DNA from: an uncultured Calditrichaceae bacterium
Lineage (GTDB): Bacteria > Calditrichota > Calditrichia > RBG-13-44-9 > J075
Assembly (NCBI GenBank): GCA_964450485.1
Contig: CAYVDX010000001.1
Coordinates: 1-27,009 of the forward strand
Direction: 5' to 3'
DNA: 27,009 bases
Position 1 is the first letter of the stretch; each line of letters starts with the position of its first letter. Positions 16,655 to 25,825 of the stretch are shown piece after piece. Under the pieces are notes generated by a model. The model had not been told where the DNA came from, did no database searches, and saw only the letters and a list, made by a program, of their open reading frames with translations. A program made the position numbers and the translations under genes.

Positions 16655-17866
16655 ATGGAAGGATTTCAACCGGAGACAGGAAAAGAAAAAATTCGGGTTA
16701 CCCATTTAATCAATTATCTCGCCCCGGCAGGGAAAGAAATGGGCGTTCTCAAGCTGATAAAAAATTTGGATTCAAATGTATTTGAAAGCTCTTTAATCGC
16801 ACTCAATGCAATTCGAAATTCAAGCGTATTAAATTTAAAGAAAATAGATGTTTATTGCATGAATCACGCCGGTGGAAACAGTTTAACGCTCCCGGTAAAA
16901 CTCGCAAAGTTGCTCAACAAACAGCGACCGCACATCGTCCACACCCATTCCTGGGGGACGTTGCTGGAAGGCGTTATTGCGGCAAAATTGGCAAAAATTC
17001 CCGCCATCGTTCATAGTGAACATGGCACATTTCCGAAAAAAAAGGCACATTTGCTTTTCCAGCGATATTTTTGGGCTAAAGCCGACGAAGTGATCTCCGT
17101 ATCAAATGACCTTCGCAATCGTCTGGCTCAGTCCGTCGGGTTTCCGCGGGACGCTATCAAGGTAATTTTAAACGGTGTGGAAAAAGCGCGCTTTTATGTT
17201 TGCGGAGATCAAAGACAGCTTTTCCGCAAAAGGTTTATGTTTTCAAATGATGAATTTGTGGTTGGCGCTGTCGGGCGGTTGACAAAGGTTAAAAACCAGA
17301 TGATGTTGCTGCGGGCCTGCAAGGAAATTGTGAAGCGCGGCGAGCAAATTCGTGTTGTTATCGTGGGTGGTTTTGCTGTCGGAGACGGTGTGGAAGCGGA
17401 ATTGAAACAATTCGTGGAAAACAACGGATTGTCCCGACAGGTACGCTTCACCGGTTTTCAAAAAGAAATGAACATGTTTTACAACGGGTTTGACCTGTTT
17501 GTCCTCACCTCGCTCTGCGAAGGTTGCTCAAACGTCATCCAGGAAGCAATGATCTGCGCGAAGCCGGTGATTGCCACAAATGTCGGTGGGAACAGCGAGT
17601 TGGTTCAGGATGGAAAAACCGGCTTTTTAGTGCCGTTAAACAATCCTGTTGAACTCGCCGATCGCATTTTGCAGATAAAAAAAGACCGCAAGCTCCGGCA
17701 AAAACTGAGTTGGAATGCCTACCTTCATGCGACAAACCATTTTTCTTTAGGAGCGATGGTTAACGCCCATGCGGACATTTATAGGAATGTTTATCACAAG
17801 GCCATCGGAAAAGCATCCAGGCATGAGAAAGTCCCGCGGGAATCATTGCATATTTCCTTCAATTAA
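16655..17866 (+). CDS. Glycosyltransferase family 4
   Basis: IVHTHSW, VHSEHG, GAVGRLTKVKNQ and LCEGCSNVIQEAM motifs. ATG 16655 follows GAAGGAAGG. The track start at 16487 lies inside the sigma-54 promoter and adds 56 non-homologous residues. Confidence 0.92.
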   Translation: MEGFQPETGKEKIRVTHLINYLAPAGKEMGVLKLIKNLDSNVFESSLIALNAIRNSSVLNLKKIDVYCMNHAGGNSLTLPVKLAKLLNKQRPHIVHTHSWGTLLEGVIAAKLAKIPAIVHSEHGTFPKKKAHLLFQRYFWAKADEVISVSNDLRNRLAQSVGFPRDAIKVILNGVEKARFYVCGDQRQLFRKRFMFSNDEFVVGAVGRLTKVKNQMMLLRACKEIVKRGEQIRVVIVGGFAVGDGVEAELKQFVENNGLSRQVRFTGFQKEMNMFYNGFDLFVLTSLCEGCSNVIQEAMICAKPVIATNVGGNSELVQDGKTGFLVPLNNPVELADRILQIKKDRKLRQKLSWNAYLHATNHFSLGAMVNAHADIYRNVYHKAIGKASRHEKVPRESLHISFN

Positions 17867-18340
17867 CACCGTGATTTATCTTCGCCATCATTAATTGAGC
17901 GGTTTTCTCCCTGGCGCGAAAGCGGCTCGGGCGGCGTCGCTTTGATTTTCAAAACAGACGCACACCGGGATGCCGGTTAACAAAAATCCTCAATCTCCTC
18001 ATTTACGCATATCCCGTTTTTCCATTTCATCTCCAGGAATCGGTAAATCCCTTTGATTTTTCCTCGTTTCGTAAATTTTTAACTACAAATGATTTGGAAA
18101 TTTTCGTAAATTAAAAATTCTGGAACGTAACAGGCCTTTTAAGGAAAAAGGCAAGTCGTTCGAGAATGATAAGGGAAGCGGAATAAAAGCGTTCGCACAA
18201 GTTGACAATTATCAATTTTCGTAATGCAAATCGAAACTATTTACACCCAAAAAGATTATATATGAGGCAGCAAAACTTTTTTGAACATGGTCACCATCCG
18301 TTTTGCCGGGTGAAATTATAACATACAAAGGCGTTTATTT

Positions 18341-20350
18341 ATGAAAAAGTGGATTGTAATAATACTACTAAGCCTGGGGGCAGGCGCTAATTTATTTGCA
18401 GATTCTGTTATTTCCGATACCACGGCAATAACATTTAAAAACCTTGAGCCGGAACCGCAACACCGGCGAGTTAGCCAAACCATTTCACAAATTCTGACCC
18501 AATATCATTACTTAAAAAAAGCCATCGACGATTCGATGTCTTCTCAAATGTTTGACCGCTACCTGGAAAGTCTGGATCCAAACCGGCTTTATTTTTTGAG
18601 CGGCGACATCCAAAATTTTGAGAAGTTTCGCTATATGTTTGACGATTTTGTGCTCTCCGGGCAATGAAATGTGGCCTATGATATTTTTAACACATACCAA
18701 AAGCGCGTTGCGGAACGGCTGGAGTATGTATTTCAACATATTGATCAACCGTTTGATTTCACCATTGACGAATATTTGAATTATAACCGGGAAAATGCAC
18801 CCTGGGCAAGAGATGGGGCTGAGCTGAACGAATTGTGGCGCAAACGGCTTAAAAACGAAACCCTGAGCTTAAAACTTGCCGGCAAGGAATCGGCGGGCAT
18901 TGTTAAAACACTGCGCAAACGCTACAAGCGAATGCAGAAAAATGTTGCTCAATCACAAAGCGAAGATGTGTTTCAGATTTTAATGAATGCGTTTGCGGAG
19001 TCTTTTGATCCGCACACCAATTATTTTTCTCCGAAAGAATTTGATGATTTCAGGATTCGCATGAGCCAGTCGCTGGAAGGCATTGGCGCGCGTTTGGTCA
19101 ATGAAAATGATTACACAAAAGTGGTGGAAATTGTGCCCGGCGGCCCGGCGGACAAAAGCAAACGATTGCATCCCAACGATAAAATCGTCGGTGTAGCGCA
19201 GGGATATGACGGTGAAATGACCGATGTTGTGGGTTGGCGAATTGATGATGTGGTGCAATTGATTCGCGGGAAAAAGAATACCGTTGTGCGTCTGCAAATC
19301 CTTCAGGGAGAAGCCGCGCCCGGCACGCCGCCGGATACCATCGCCCTTGTTCGCGATAAAATAAAATTGGAGGATCAATCCGCCAAGGCGGACACGGTTC
19401 ACATTATGCACAATGGGCAGGAAATGATCTTTGGGGTGATTACCATCCCGACATTTTACTCGGATTTTGACGCCATGCGCCGCGGCGAAAAAGACTACAA
19501 AAGCACCACGCGCGATGTGTCCCGGCTGCTTGGCGAGCTGAAGGAACAAAATGTTGACGGCGTGATTATTGATCTGCGGCGCAATGGCGGCGGCTATTTG
19601 AATGAAGCGGTGGATTTAACCGGGCTATTCATTGATCGCGGGCCGGTGGTGCAGGTTCGCGATACCAACGGGCAGATTGATGTGGAGCGCGACCAGCATC
19701 CCGGGTTGGTGTACGAGGGCCCGCTTGCCGTGATGGTGGATCGCCTGAGCGCTTCGGCGTCGGAAATTTTTGCCGCGGCAATCCAGGATTACAACCGGGG
19801 TATTATCATCGGGAGCCGGTCTTATGGCAAGGGAACCGTTCAACGCCCGATTGATTTAAACCGGTTTGTTCGCGATCCCAATCTGAAGCTTGGACAAATT
19901 AAGCTGACCATTGCCAAATTTTATCGCGTGGACGGGCGCAGCACTCAACACGCCGGGGTTACACCCGATGTTCCCTTTCCCTCCCCGTTAGGGTTGATGG
20001 ATATTGGCGAGAGCAGCCAACCCAATGCACTGGTCTGGGATCACATCAACGGGATACGCCATTCCGATTTTGAGGAATTGGACGGCATTCTTCCGCAACT
20101 AAACAAACAGCACATGCTGCGCCTCTCGCATAACCCGGAATATGAAGAATTGCTTGCTGAAATCGATGATTATAAAAAGCGGCGAAATCAAAAGCACATT
20201 TCTTTGAATGAGATAAAACGCCGCGCCGAAATCGACAAAAAGAAGCGCGAAAAAGATGAAGAAACGAAAGACGATAAAAAAGACGATTTGTTGATGACCG
20301 AAAGCGCGCATGTTTTGGGCGATTACATTACGCTCAAAAAAAGCAATTGA
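18341..20350 (+). pseudogene. prc: Tail-specific (carboxy-terminal processing) protease, S41, interrupted by one in-frame TGA at 18665-18667
   Basis: ORFs 18341-18667 and 18671-20350 are in the same frame. Together they give signal peptide, N-domain, PDZ (GIGARL), catalytic SASASEI and GKGTVQ, and a C-terminal domain, 669 codons in total. Either a real nonsense allele or a sequencing error. Confidence 0.85.
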
Positions 20351-20385
20351 TTTTACAATTATTAACTGAGGTTACGCGGTCGCAA

Positions 20386-20517
20386 AATATTACGCCCCGA
20401 CGGGGCTTATTTTCAAAATTTTCAGTGAAATATGGCGGTTTAAGCTCCGTTAGGAGCACGATATTTATAGAAAAGCTGAATACATAAAATCCAAAGCTCC
20501 GTCAGGAGCGAAATATT
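20386..20517. repeat. Cluster of three related REP-like units
   Basis: AATATTACGCCCCGACGGGGCTT (+, 20386-20408), AATATCGTGCTCCTAACGGAGCTT (-, 20442-20465), AATATTTCGCTCCTGACGGAGCTT (-, 20494-20517). Confidence 0.75.
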
Positions 20518-20641
20518 AGACACTGCGTAACATCAATTATTAAGAAAATAGTCGGATTTTACAGAAACTTGTTGTTAATGCTGGTTGACAACTTTATAAA
20601 TCATGGAATTTTGGCTCTACTGGGTTTCTTGTGATACATGA

Positions 20642-20739
20642 TGTCACTCCCACATGTTTTATAAGTGGGTGTCCAGACCGAGATGTTATGGATTCCCGCT
20701 AAATACACGCCCCAAAAGATGGGATAAACTGGGAATGAC
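20642..20739. repeat. Degenerate REP doublet of the ATTCCCGC...GCGGGAAT type
   Basis: TGTCACTCCCACATGTTTTATAAGTGGGTGTCCAG (20642-20676) faces TGGATTCCCGCTAAATACACGC...GGGAATGAC (20689-20739). The right copy appears to carry an internal insertion. Confidence 0.55.
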
Positions 20740-20788
20740 CTCGATACGGTTAATTCTTGCTTATTTTTTCAGGAATACCTGTATGCCA

Positions 20789-21901
20789 TTATTTCAACAG
20801 TAACATCATGCGAGATTCATTAAATGTTTCGGATGTTAATCGATAGACATAAACGCCTGTAATTACAGACGTTTGATTATTATCCAACCCATTCCACACG
20901 ACCGATTTTACACCAGCCGTTTGTGTGGAATTTACCAGGGTTTTCACTTCTTCACCCAACATATTATAAATTTTTAACTGTACAAACGTAGATTTTGGCA
21001 ACGTATATTCGATTGTCGTGCTGGGATTGAATGGATTCGGATAATTTTGTTTTAATTCAATTTTACGCGGCAGGTTCCCCTCACGATCATCAATTGCCGT
21101 TGGAATAATTTCGACAAAATCTACGCGATTGCCTTGCACATTTGGCACAGCCAAAGTGTTTGTCGGCTGATAATAAAAGATATCTGCTGGTGCATTGTGA
21201 CCGCTGGAAACTAACTCAGGGGGAATATTAAATGCCGGATCATAGCGATATACCGCGCCCGTTCCCCAAGCAGATACATAAATATTCCCGTTGCCATCTT
21301 TTGTTAAGCCGTCTAAGTTATCAAAGGTTGTCTCAACGACGGTCGATACAGATGAATCTGCCAGGCTAACTGCCTGAATCGGAGAATTATCCCGAAAAGA
21401 ACAGACAAACAGACGACTGTTGACTTCGTCAAACAACAACCCGTTGGGCAGGCTTAAATTGCTATTCGCAAAAATGGTAAAACGCTGGTTAGCCGGTTGA
21501 TATTTAAAAATTACGTTCGCAAACGAATCAGAAATGTAAATATTTCCGGTAGCGTCTGCACAAATATCATTCAAAAACTGTGCCCCGGGAGGCGTTAAAT
21601 TGAAAATAACACTCCCATTTGTAATATCGAATGCAACCAATTGGGTGTTGCCGGCAACGTATAAAATATTACCCGACAAAAAAAGGCCGCGTGCGGCGCT
21701 TAATACCGTATTATTAAAGATCGATTGACTACCATCGCTGTTGATAATAATGATGTCACCATTTCCCATGTTCGAAACCAAATAGCGATTGTTTGCCGTG
21801 TCAAAAACAATACTTTCCGGCTGGTTCAACAAATTTTGAGAAAACAACTCAAGTGGTAAAATAAAAATGAATGAAATCAATAGACACTGAACGCTTTTCA
21901 T
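20789..21901 (-). CDS. Secreted SMP-30/gluconolactonase-like beta-propeller with C-terminal T9SS type A / FlgD-Ig domain
   Basis: Signal peptide; propeller blades QPESI, FLNDI, PNGLL, LDGL, APADI; C-terminal QNYPNPFNPSTTIEYTLP...GVYVYRL; AAGGAG RBS. Confidence 0.88.
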   Translation of the reverse strand: MKSVQCLLISFIFILPLELFSQNLLNQPESIVFDTANNRYLVSNMGNGDIIIINSDGSQSIFNNTVLSAARGLFLSGNILYVAGNTQLVAFDITNGSVIFNLTPPGAQFLNDICADATGNIYISDSFANVIFKYQPANQRFTIFANSNLSLPNGLLFDEVNSRLFVCSFRDNSPIQAVSLADSSVSTVVETTFDNLDGLTKDGNGNIYVSAWGTGAVYRYDPAFNIPPELVSSGHNAPADIFYYQPTNTLAVPNVQGNRVDFVEIIPTAIDDREGNLPRKIELKQNYPNPFNPSTTIEYTLPKSTFVQLKIYNMLGEEVKTLVNSTQTAGVKSVVWNGLDNNQTSVITGVYVYRLTSETFNESRMMLLLK

Positions 21902-22004
21902 GACAATTCTCCTTATTTAAACGACATTTATTTCATTACGCCGTGTTTTTTTACGCAATATCTTCGTTTTATGTAAAGAGATCGTCGGAACCGGAGAACT
22001 TTGA

Positions 22005-22028
22005 CGTAAAATCCGATCGGATTTTACG
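22005..22028. repeat. Perfect 24-bp palindrome CGTAAAATCCGATCGGATTTTACG
   Basis: Read directly, just downstream of the AraC stop. No U-tract follows it on the minus strand, so it is REP-like or an operator rather than a classic terminator. Confidence 0.7.
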
Positions 22029-22035
22029 AAAAAAT

Positions 22036-23199
22036 TTAGCCCGCCTGCTTGGACATTTCCCGGAATTCAGAGGGAGTCATTTGGGTATGTTTTTTAAAAG
22101 CGGCATTGAACGAGGCTTTCGAATTAAATCCCACCTCTAAGGCAATACTAAGGATTGTGTAATATTCATACGCCGGATCACGTAATTTTTTCTGAGCGTC
22201 TTCGATCCGAAACTGATTGACAAAATCAAAAAAATTTTGCCCCAATCGTTCATTTAAAACCTGGGAAACATAATGGGTAGAAATAGACAATTCATCAGCC
22301 AGGCTTTGTAATTTTAAATCGCTGTTTAAATACAACTTATGCGACTTCATTACATCAACTAACTGCTTCAGATAAATTTCAGCTTTTTGAGGCGACAAAC
22401 TTGATTTTTTGTATCTGGGTAATTTTTTAAATGGCGATAAACCGGAAAAGACTTCCGGCTGCCGCAGGGTCATGAAGCCTGCGGCATAAATCATCACAGA
22501 AGAAACGATCGATGTAAACGAATCCACATAAAACAGATACTGATAACCAAAATAAAGAAATTGTAAAAAAGTTACAATTTTTAAGGCAATAAAAAAGATA
22601 AACCCAAAAATTAAATAACGGAGCCACTTAAATTCTACTTTCTCGATTGAAAAATGTCCATTGTTTCTTATTGGTTTATGTTTTTGCAGCCATTGAAATG
22701 TAAATGTCGCATAAATTGACATGTGCAGTAGCTGTACTAAAATAGTTGCCAAAACCGTCGCTGTAATCGAGAAATTGTCAGCAGGCATGGAGTTGACAAA
22801 ATGTTCAAGTTTCATTTCGGCACTTAGCAAATAAAACGGCAATTTATTGATAAAGAAAGCGAAAAAAGGTATCAGATGAAGCGCATAGATTTTTTTAAAT
22901 TTAAAATTTTTGTCAATTACAATTTTGGAATATAAAAGAATTAAGGGGCCAAACAGCATTTTGAAGGGTGTTGAAGCGTAAATCAAATGGGGGAATTTAA
23001 AGGCCAGCCCCGACCAGTATCCTGCCTGTTCGAGCAAAAGGAATGAAAAAAAAGCGATAAAAATACTTAATATCCGATTAGCACGGCTATTTCCTCTTTG
23101 GTGAAAAAAAAGCGACAGCCCCAGAAAAAAACCGTAAATTGCGCCGGAAAAAGAAAGAATCGCCCAAATATTTAGTGTCGAATCATTCATCCAAATCAC
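22036..23199 (-). CDS. AraC-family regulator with a multi-TM N-terminal sensor domain
   Basis: About 6-7 hydrophobic segments, then LKLQSLADELSISTHYVSQVLN and IALEVGFNSKASFNAAFKKHTQMTPSEFR. GTG 23199 or ATG 23190. Confidence 0.93.
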   Translation of the reverse strand: MIWMNDSTLNIWAILSFSGAIYGFFLGLSLFFHQRGNSRANRILSIFIAFFSFLLLEQAGYWSGLAFKFPHLIYASTPFKMLFGPLILLYSKIVIDKNFKFKKIYALHLIPFFAFFINKLPFYLLSAEMKLEHFVNSMPADNFSITATVLATILVQLLHMSIYATFTFQWLQKHKPIRNNGHFSIEKVEFKWLRYLIFGFIFFIALKIVTFLQFLYFGYQYLFYVDSFTSIVSSVMIYAAGFMTLRQPEVFSGLSPFKKLPRYKKSSLSPQKAEIYLKQLVDVMKSHKLYLNSDLKLQSLADELSISTHYVSQVLNERLGQNFFDFVNQFRIEDAQKKLRDPAYEYYTILSIALEVGFNSKASFNAAFKKHTQMTPSEFREMSKQAG

Positions 23200-23334
23200 T
23201 TGTTAATCATTTTATTTTCTTACGAAACTGATATATTACTGAGTTCCCGTTTTTTTGACATCATGCTATTTAAAATTTTAATGATCAGGCATTTTGCGCA
23301 AATAAACCATTTTTAATTGTGTCGCGATTTATCA

Positions 23335-23443
23335 GGAAACCGTTGAAACGGTTATTTCAACCTAATTTGTTCTCATTGACACCGGGATTAATCCCGGTGT
23401 CAATGAGAGAAGTGTATGCGCTATAGCCGTTTTAACGGCTTCC
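23335..23443. repeat. Composite symmetric palindromic element (109 bp)
   Basis: Outer 19-nt inverted arms GGAAACCGTTGAAACGGTT and AGCCGTTTTAACGGCTTCC (3 mismatches) flank a perfect 38-bp palindrome TCTCATTGACACCGGGATTAATCCCGGTGTCAATGAGA at 23371-23408. Confidence 0.85.
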
Positions 23444-23511
23444 AGGAAATTTGCTACATAAATACAAACCATTTTTTAACACACCGGGCATATTTTTCAA
23501 AAAAACATTCA

Positions 23512-24315
23512 TCAATCTTGCGCGTCGATGCTGTATTGCATGATATCAATTTTTTCAGGACTCTGATAGATCTTTGCCGGAAGCTGATCAAAAACAGCGA
23601 TACGAGAATGTTTCCGTTTTCCACGGTCATCTGAAAGCAAAATTTTTCCGTATTGTCGCCAGTTTTTCCACGGCACGGTGAACCGCGGTTCCGCATCCGA
23701 AGCATTTGCGAAATATGACCACTGTTCCACTAAATGGCGGTCTTTGCTGACATAAATGAGATATTTATTTTGCGGCGTGTCGCCGACATTTTCAAATGTC
23801 AGTTGCAAAATTTCGCAGGGCCGCCCGTCCGGCAGCTTCCCTTCGCCGTGATATTTCAGTGTCACGCCGCTGTCTTTTAACTTGTAGGGCATGAACATCC
23901 AATAGCTGTCGTTGATCCAAATGCTGACCGCTTTTTTTAGAATTTCCGCCAGTTTTTCAGCGTCGCTCACCTCTTTGCCCTTGATCCAGGCGCGCCCTTT
24001 TTTTGTGTTCAAATTCATTAACACCAACAGACTGTCAGCCGCCAGGCGGTAATCCCCGCTCCATTTATCCCAAACGTGGGTGCGAATGCCAAAAAAATTC
24101 CAGGTGATGTGTCGGGTATTCTCCCAGTTTTTCCACCCGCCCATTGCTTTCATCACTTCATCGGCAATTTCAATCGCTTTTGTGTCCGAGCCGCTTGGGT
24201 TAAAACCGGACATGGCCGGGTTTTCGGCATTTTGCCCCAAAGCCGACATTGTTGATAAAAATACCATCAAAGCGACGAACCATTTTATCAATATTTTATA
24301 TGGATGAACAAACAT
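23512..24315 (-). CDS. Secreted conserved hypothetical protein (possibly LolA-like / DUF6503-like fold)
   Basis: 267-aa ORF with signal peptide, GGAGGT RBS, and Trp-rich conserved-looking motifs (AMGGWKNW, WINDSYW, PYKLKD). Fold call is tentative. Confidence 0.8.
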   Translation of the reverse strand: MFVHPYKILIKWFVALMVFLSTMSALGQNAENPAMSGFNPSGSDTKAIEIADEVMKAMGGWKNWENTRHITWNFFGIRTHVWDKWSGDYRLAADSLLVLMNLNTKKGRAWIKGKEVSDAEKLAEILKKAVSIWINDSYWMFMPYKLKDSGVTLKYHGEGKLPDGRPCEILQLTFENVGDTPQNKYLIYVSKDRHLVEQWSYFANASDAEPRFTVPWKNWRQYGKILLSDDRGKRKHSRIAVFDQLPAKIYQSPEKIDIMQYSIDAQD

Positions 24316-24359
24316 GATTTACCTCCGCATGTTGGAATATATCTTGAAAAGATTTTTGT

Positions 24360-24389
24360 AAAAGAAAAGGCGGAGCAAAGAATCCGCCT
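24360..24389 (-). terminator. Candidate intrinsic terminator
   Basis: Minus strand reads AGGCGGA-ttctttgc-TCCGCCT followed by TTTCTTTT, about 30 bp after the stop of the 83-aa ORF. Confidence 0.55.
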
Positions 24390-24421
24390 GAAAAATGGAG
24401 TGATAATATACAACACTTTGC

Positions 24422-24673
24422 CTAATGATCAAAGAGCAGCTTTGCCCCGAAAAAAAACAGCAATAATGTCGTTGCGATGATAAAAAGGAGTTTTATCAGG
24501 TTTGATTCGTAGTCCTGGTGATTCATATTACGGGCGGGTTTACTTTGCTCATGGCGAATGGGAATTAGCTGTCGCGAGCGATTTTTTGGATCAAAATTAA
24601 ACAAATCGCTCAACCATGCGCGCGCGCTGTCGCATAAGTTTTGTATCGCATTCATCAGATTTTCAAGTTGCAT
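24422..24673 (-). CDS. Small hypothetical protein with C-terminal transmembrane helix
   Basis: GGAGG RBS upstream of ATG; C-terminal LIKLLFIIATTLLLFFFGAKLL; followed by a terminator-like hairpin. Confidence 0.6.
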   Translation of the reverse strand: MQLENLMNAIQNLCDSARAWLSDLFNFDPKNRSRQLIPIRHEQSKPARNMNHQDYESNLIKLLFIIATTLLLFFFGAKLLFDH

Positions 24674-24731
24674 TTTTCCTCCGAAGATTAATGTTCTGAT
24701 AAATACGCTATTGCAGAGATAAAGGTTTCCG

Positions 24732-25508
24732 CTATTGGTTGGATTGTTCGCGTTCCATCAATTCGACCGCTAATTTTTTTATATCCCGGGCGCCGCGGCT
24801 GGTGGGTTTATAATCGAAGATCGTTTTTCCAAAACCGGGCGCTTCCGCTAAGGCAATGTTTACCCCGATTTTTGTTTTCATGAGTTTATCGCGAAAGGAG
24901 CTTTCCAGCCGCCGGATGATGGAATCGGAGAGTTTATTCCGCCGGTCATACATTACCGGGATAACGCCGCCGATGACTAATTCAGGGTTGTAAAATGCTT
25001 TGATTTTATAAACAAACGAAACTGTTTTTTTTGAGCCGTGCAGCGCAAATTGATGGCATTGAACCGGCACTAACACCTTTTTTACAAATGACAGGGCATT
25101 CATGGTTAACAAGCCGGTTGAGGGAGGGCAATCAATGAGCATGTAATCGTAGTCGAGCTTTACCCGGGAGAAATATCGCTGAAAAACGTTGCCGGCGTTT
25201 TGTTCGCTTTTGTACGCCGCCGACAGGGTGATATCGAGCTCTTTCAATCCCTTGCCGGCCGGAATAAAATCAAATTTTCCGCGATAGGTTTTTACAACTT
25301 CCTCAAAGCGAAGTTTTCCTTCCAGAAATTCTTCGATGCCGACAGCCCGCATCGGGTTGATGCCCAGGTTTTGCGTCAAATTTTGCTGGGGGTCAAGATC
25401 AATCACCATGACCTTTTTGCCAAAACTGCTAAGCGCCGCGCCTAAATTGACTGTCAGGGTTGTCTTGCCTACGCCGCCTTTCAAATTGAATAAGGCGAAT
25501 GATTCCAT
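24732..25508 (-). CDS. ParA/Soj-family ATPase (orphan, no adjacent parB)
   Basis: Deviant Walker A NLKGGVGKTT, DLDPQQNL, Walker B LIDCPP, EAPGFGKTIFDY...GA. ATG 25508 gives a typical Soj N-terminus; the track ATG at 25571 is an alternative. Confidence 0.92.
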   Translation of the reverse strand: MESFALFNLKGGVGKTTLTVNLGAALSSFGKKVMVIDLDPQQNLTQNLGINPMRAVGIEEFLEGKLRFEEVVKTYRGKFDFIPAGKGLKELDITLSAAYKSEQNAGNVFQRYFSRVKLDYDYMLIDCPPSTGLLTMNALSFVKKVLVPVQCHQFALHGSKKTVSFVYKIKAFYNPELVIGGVIPVMYDRRNKLSDSIIRRLESSFRDKLMKTKIGVNIALAEAPGFGKTIFDYKPTSRGARDIKKLAVELMEREQSNQ

Positions 25509-25825
25509 CTGCGTTGATCCGAATCTTGTCGTCTTTCCGTTAACAATATCTGTATAATTATTTTGAAACATGCAGTATAATGGTTTTGATGTCCGGTTTC
25601 AACAGTTTTATCCAACATTTGTTGAATTTTTTAGCAGTTTAATTTCCTGATTTTCCCGGTTGTCGTATGCAACATAAATCACTTTATTCAAAAAAATCGA
25701 ATAATTTACAGCCGCCCCTAAAACGAGAAATATGTTGGCATCAGAAGCATTATCGGCATGTTGACATGATTTATTGAAACTAAAATGTTTACAATTTACG
25801 GTATAACTTTACGATTCCCTTCGGA

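Noticed and set aside
17867-18340. Riboswitch, tRNA or other ncRNA in the long spacers (also 13033-13393 and 16106-16654)
   Set aside because: No recognisable conserved motif by eye; an Rfam/Infernal scan would be needed to exclude one.
18665-18700. Selenocysteine or genetic-code reassignment of the prc TGA
   Set aside because: The aligned residue appears to be Leu, not Cys or Trp; there is no convincing SECIS hairpin after the codon; and TGA is a normal stop in other genes here (1333, 2955, 4475, 10646, 13032).
24732-25571. ParA as evidence of a plasmid or prophage
   Set aside because: No parB, rep, integrase or phage genes; neighbours are chromosomal-type.
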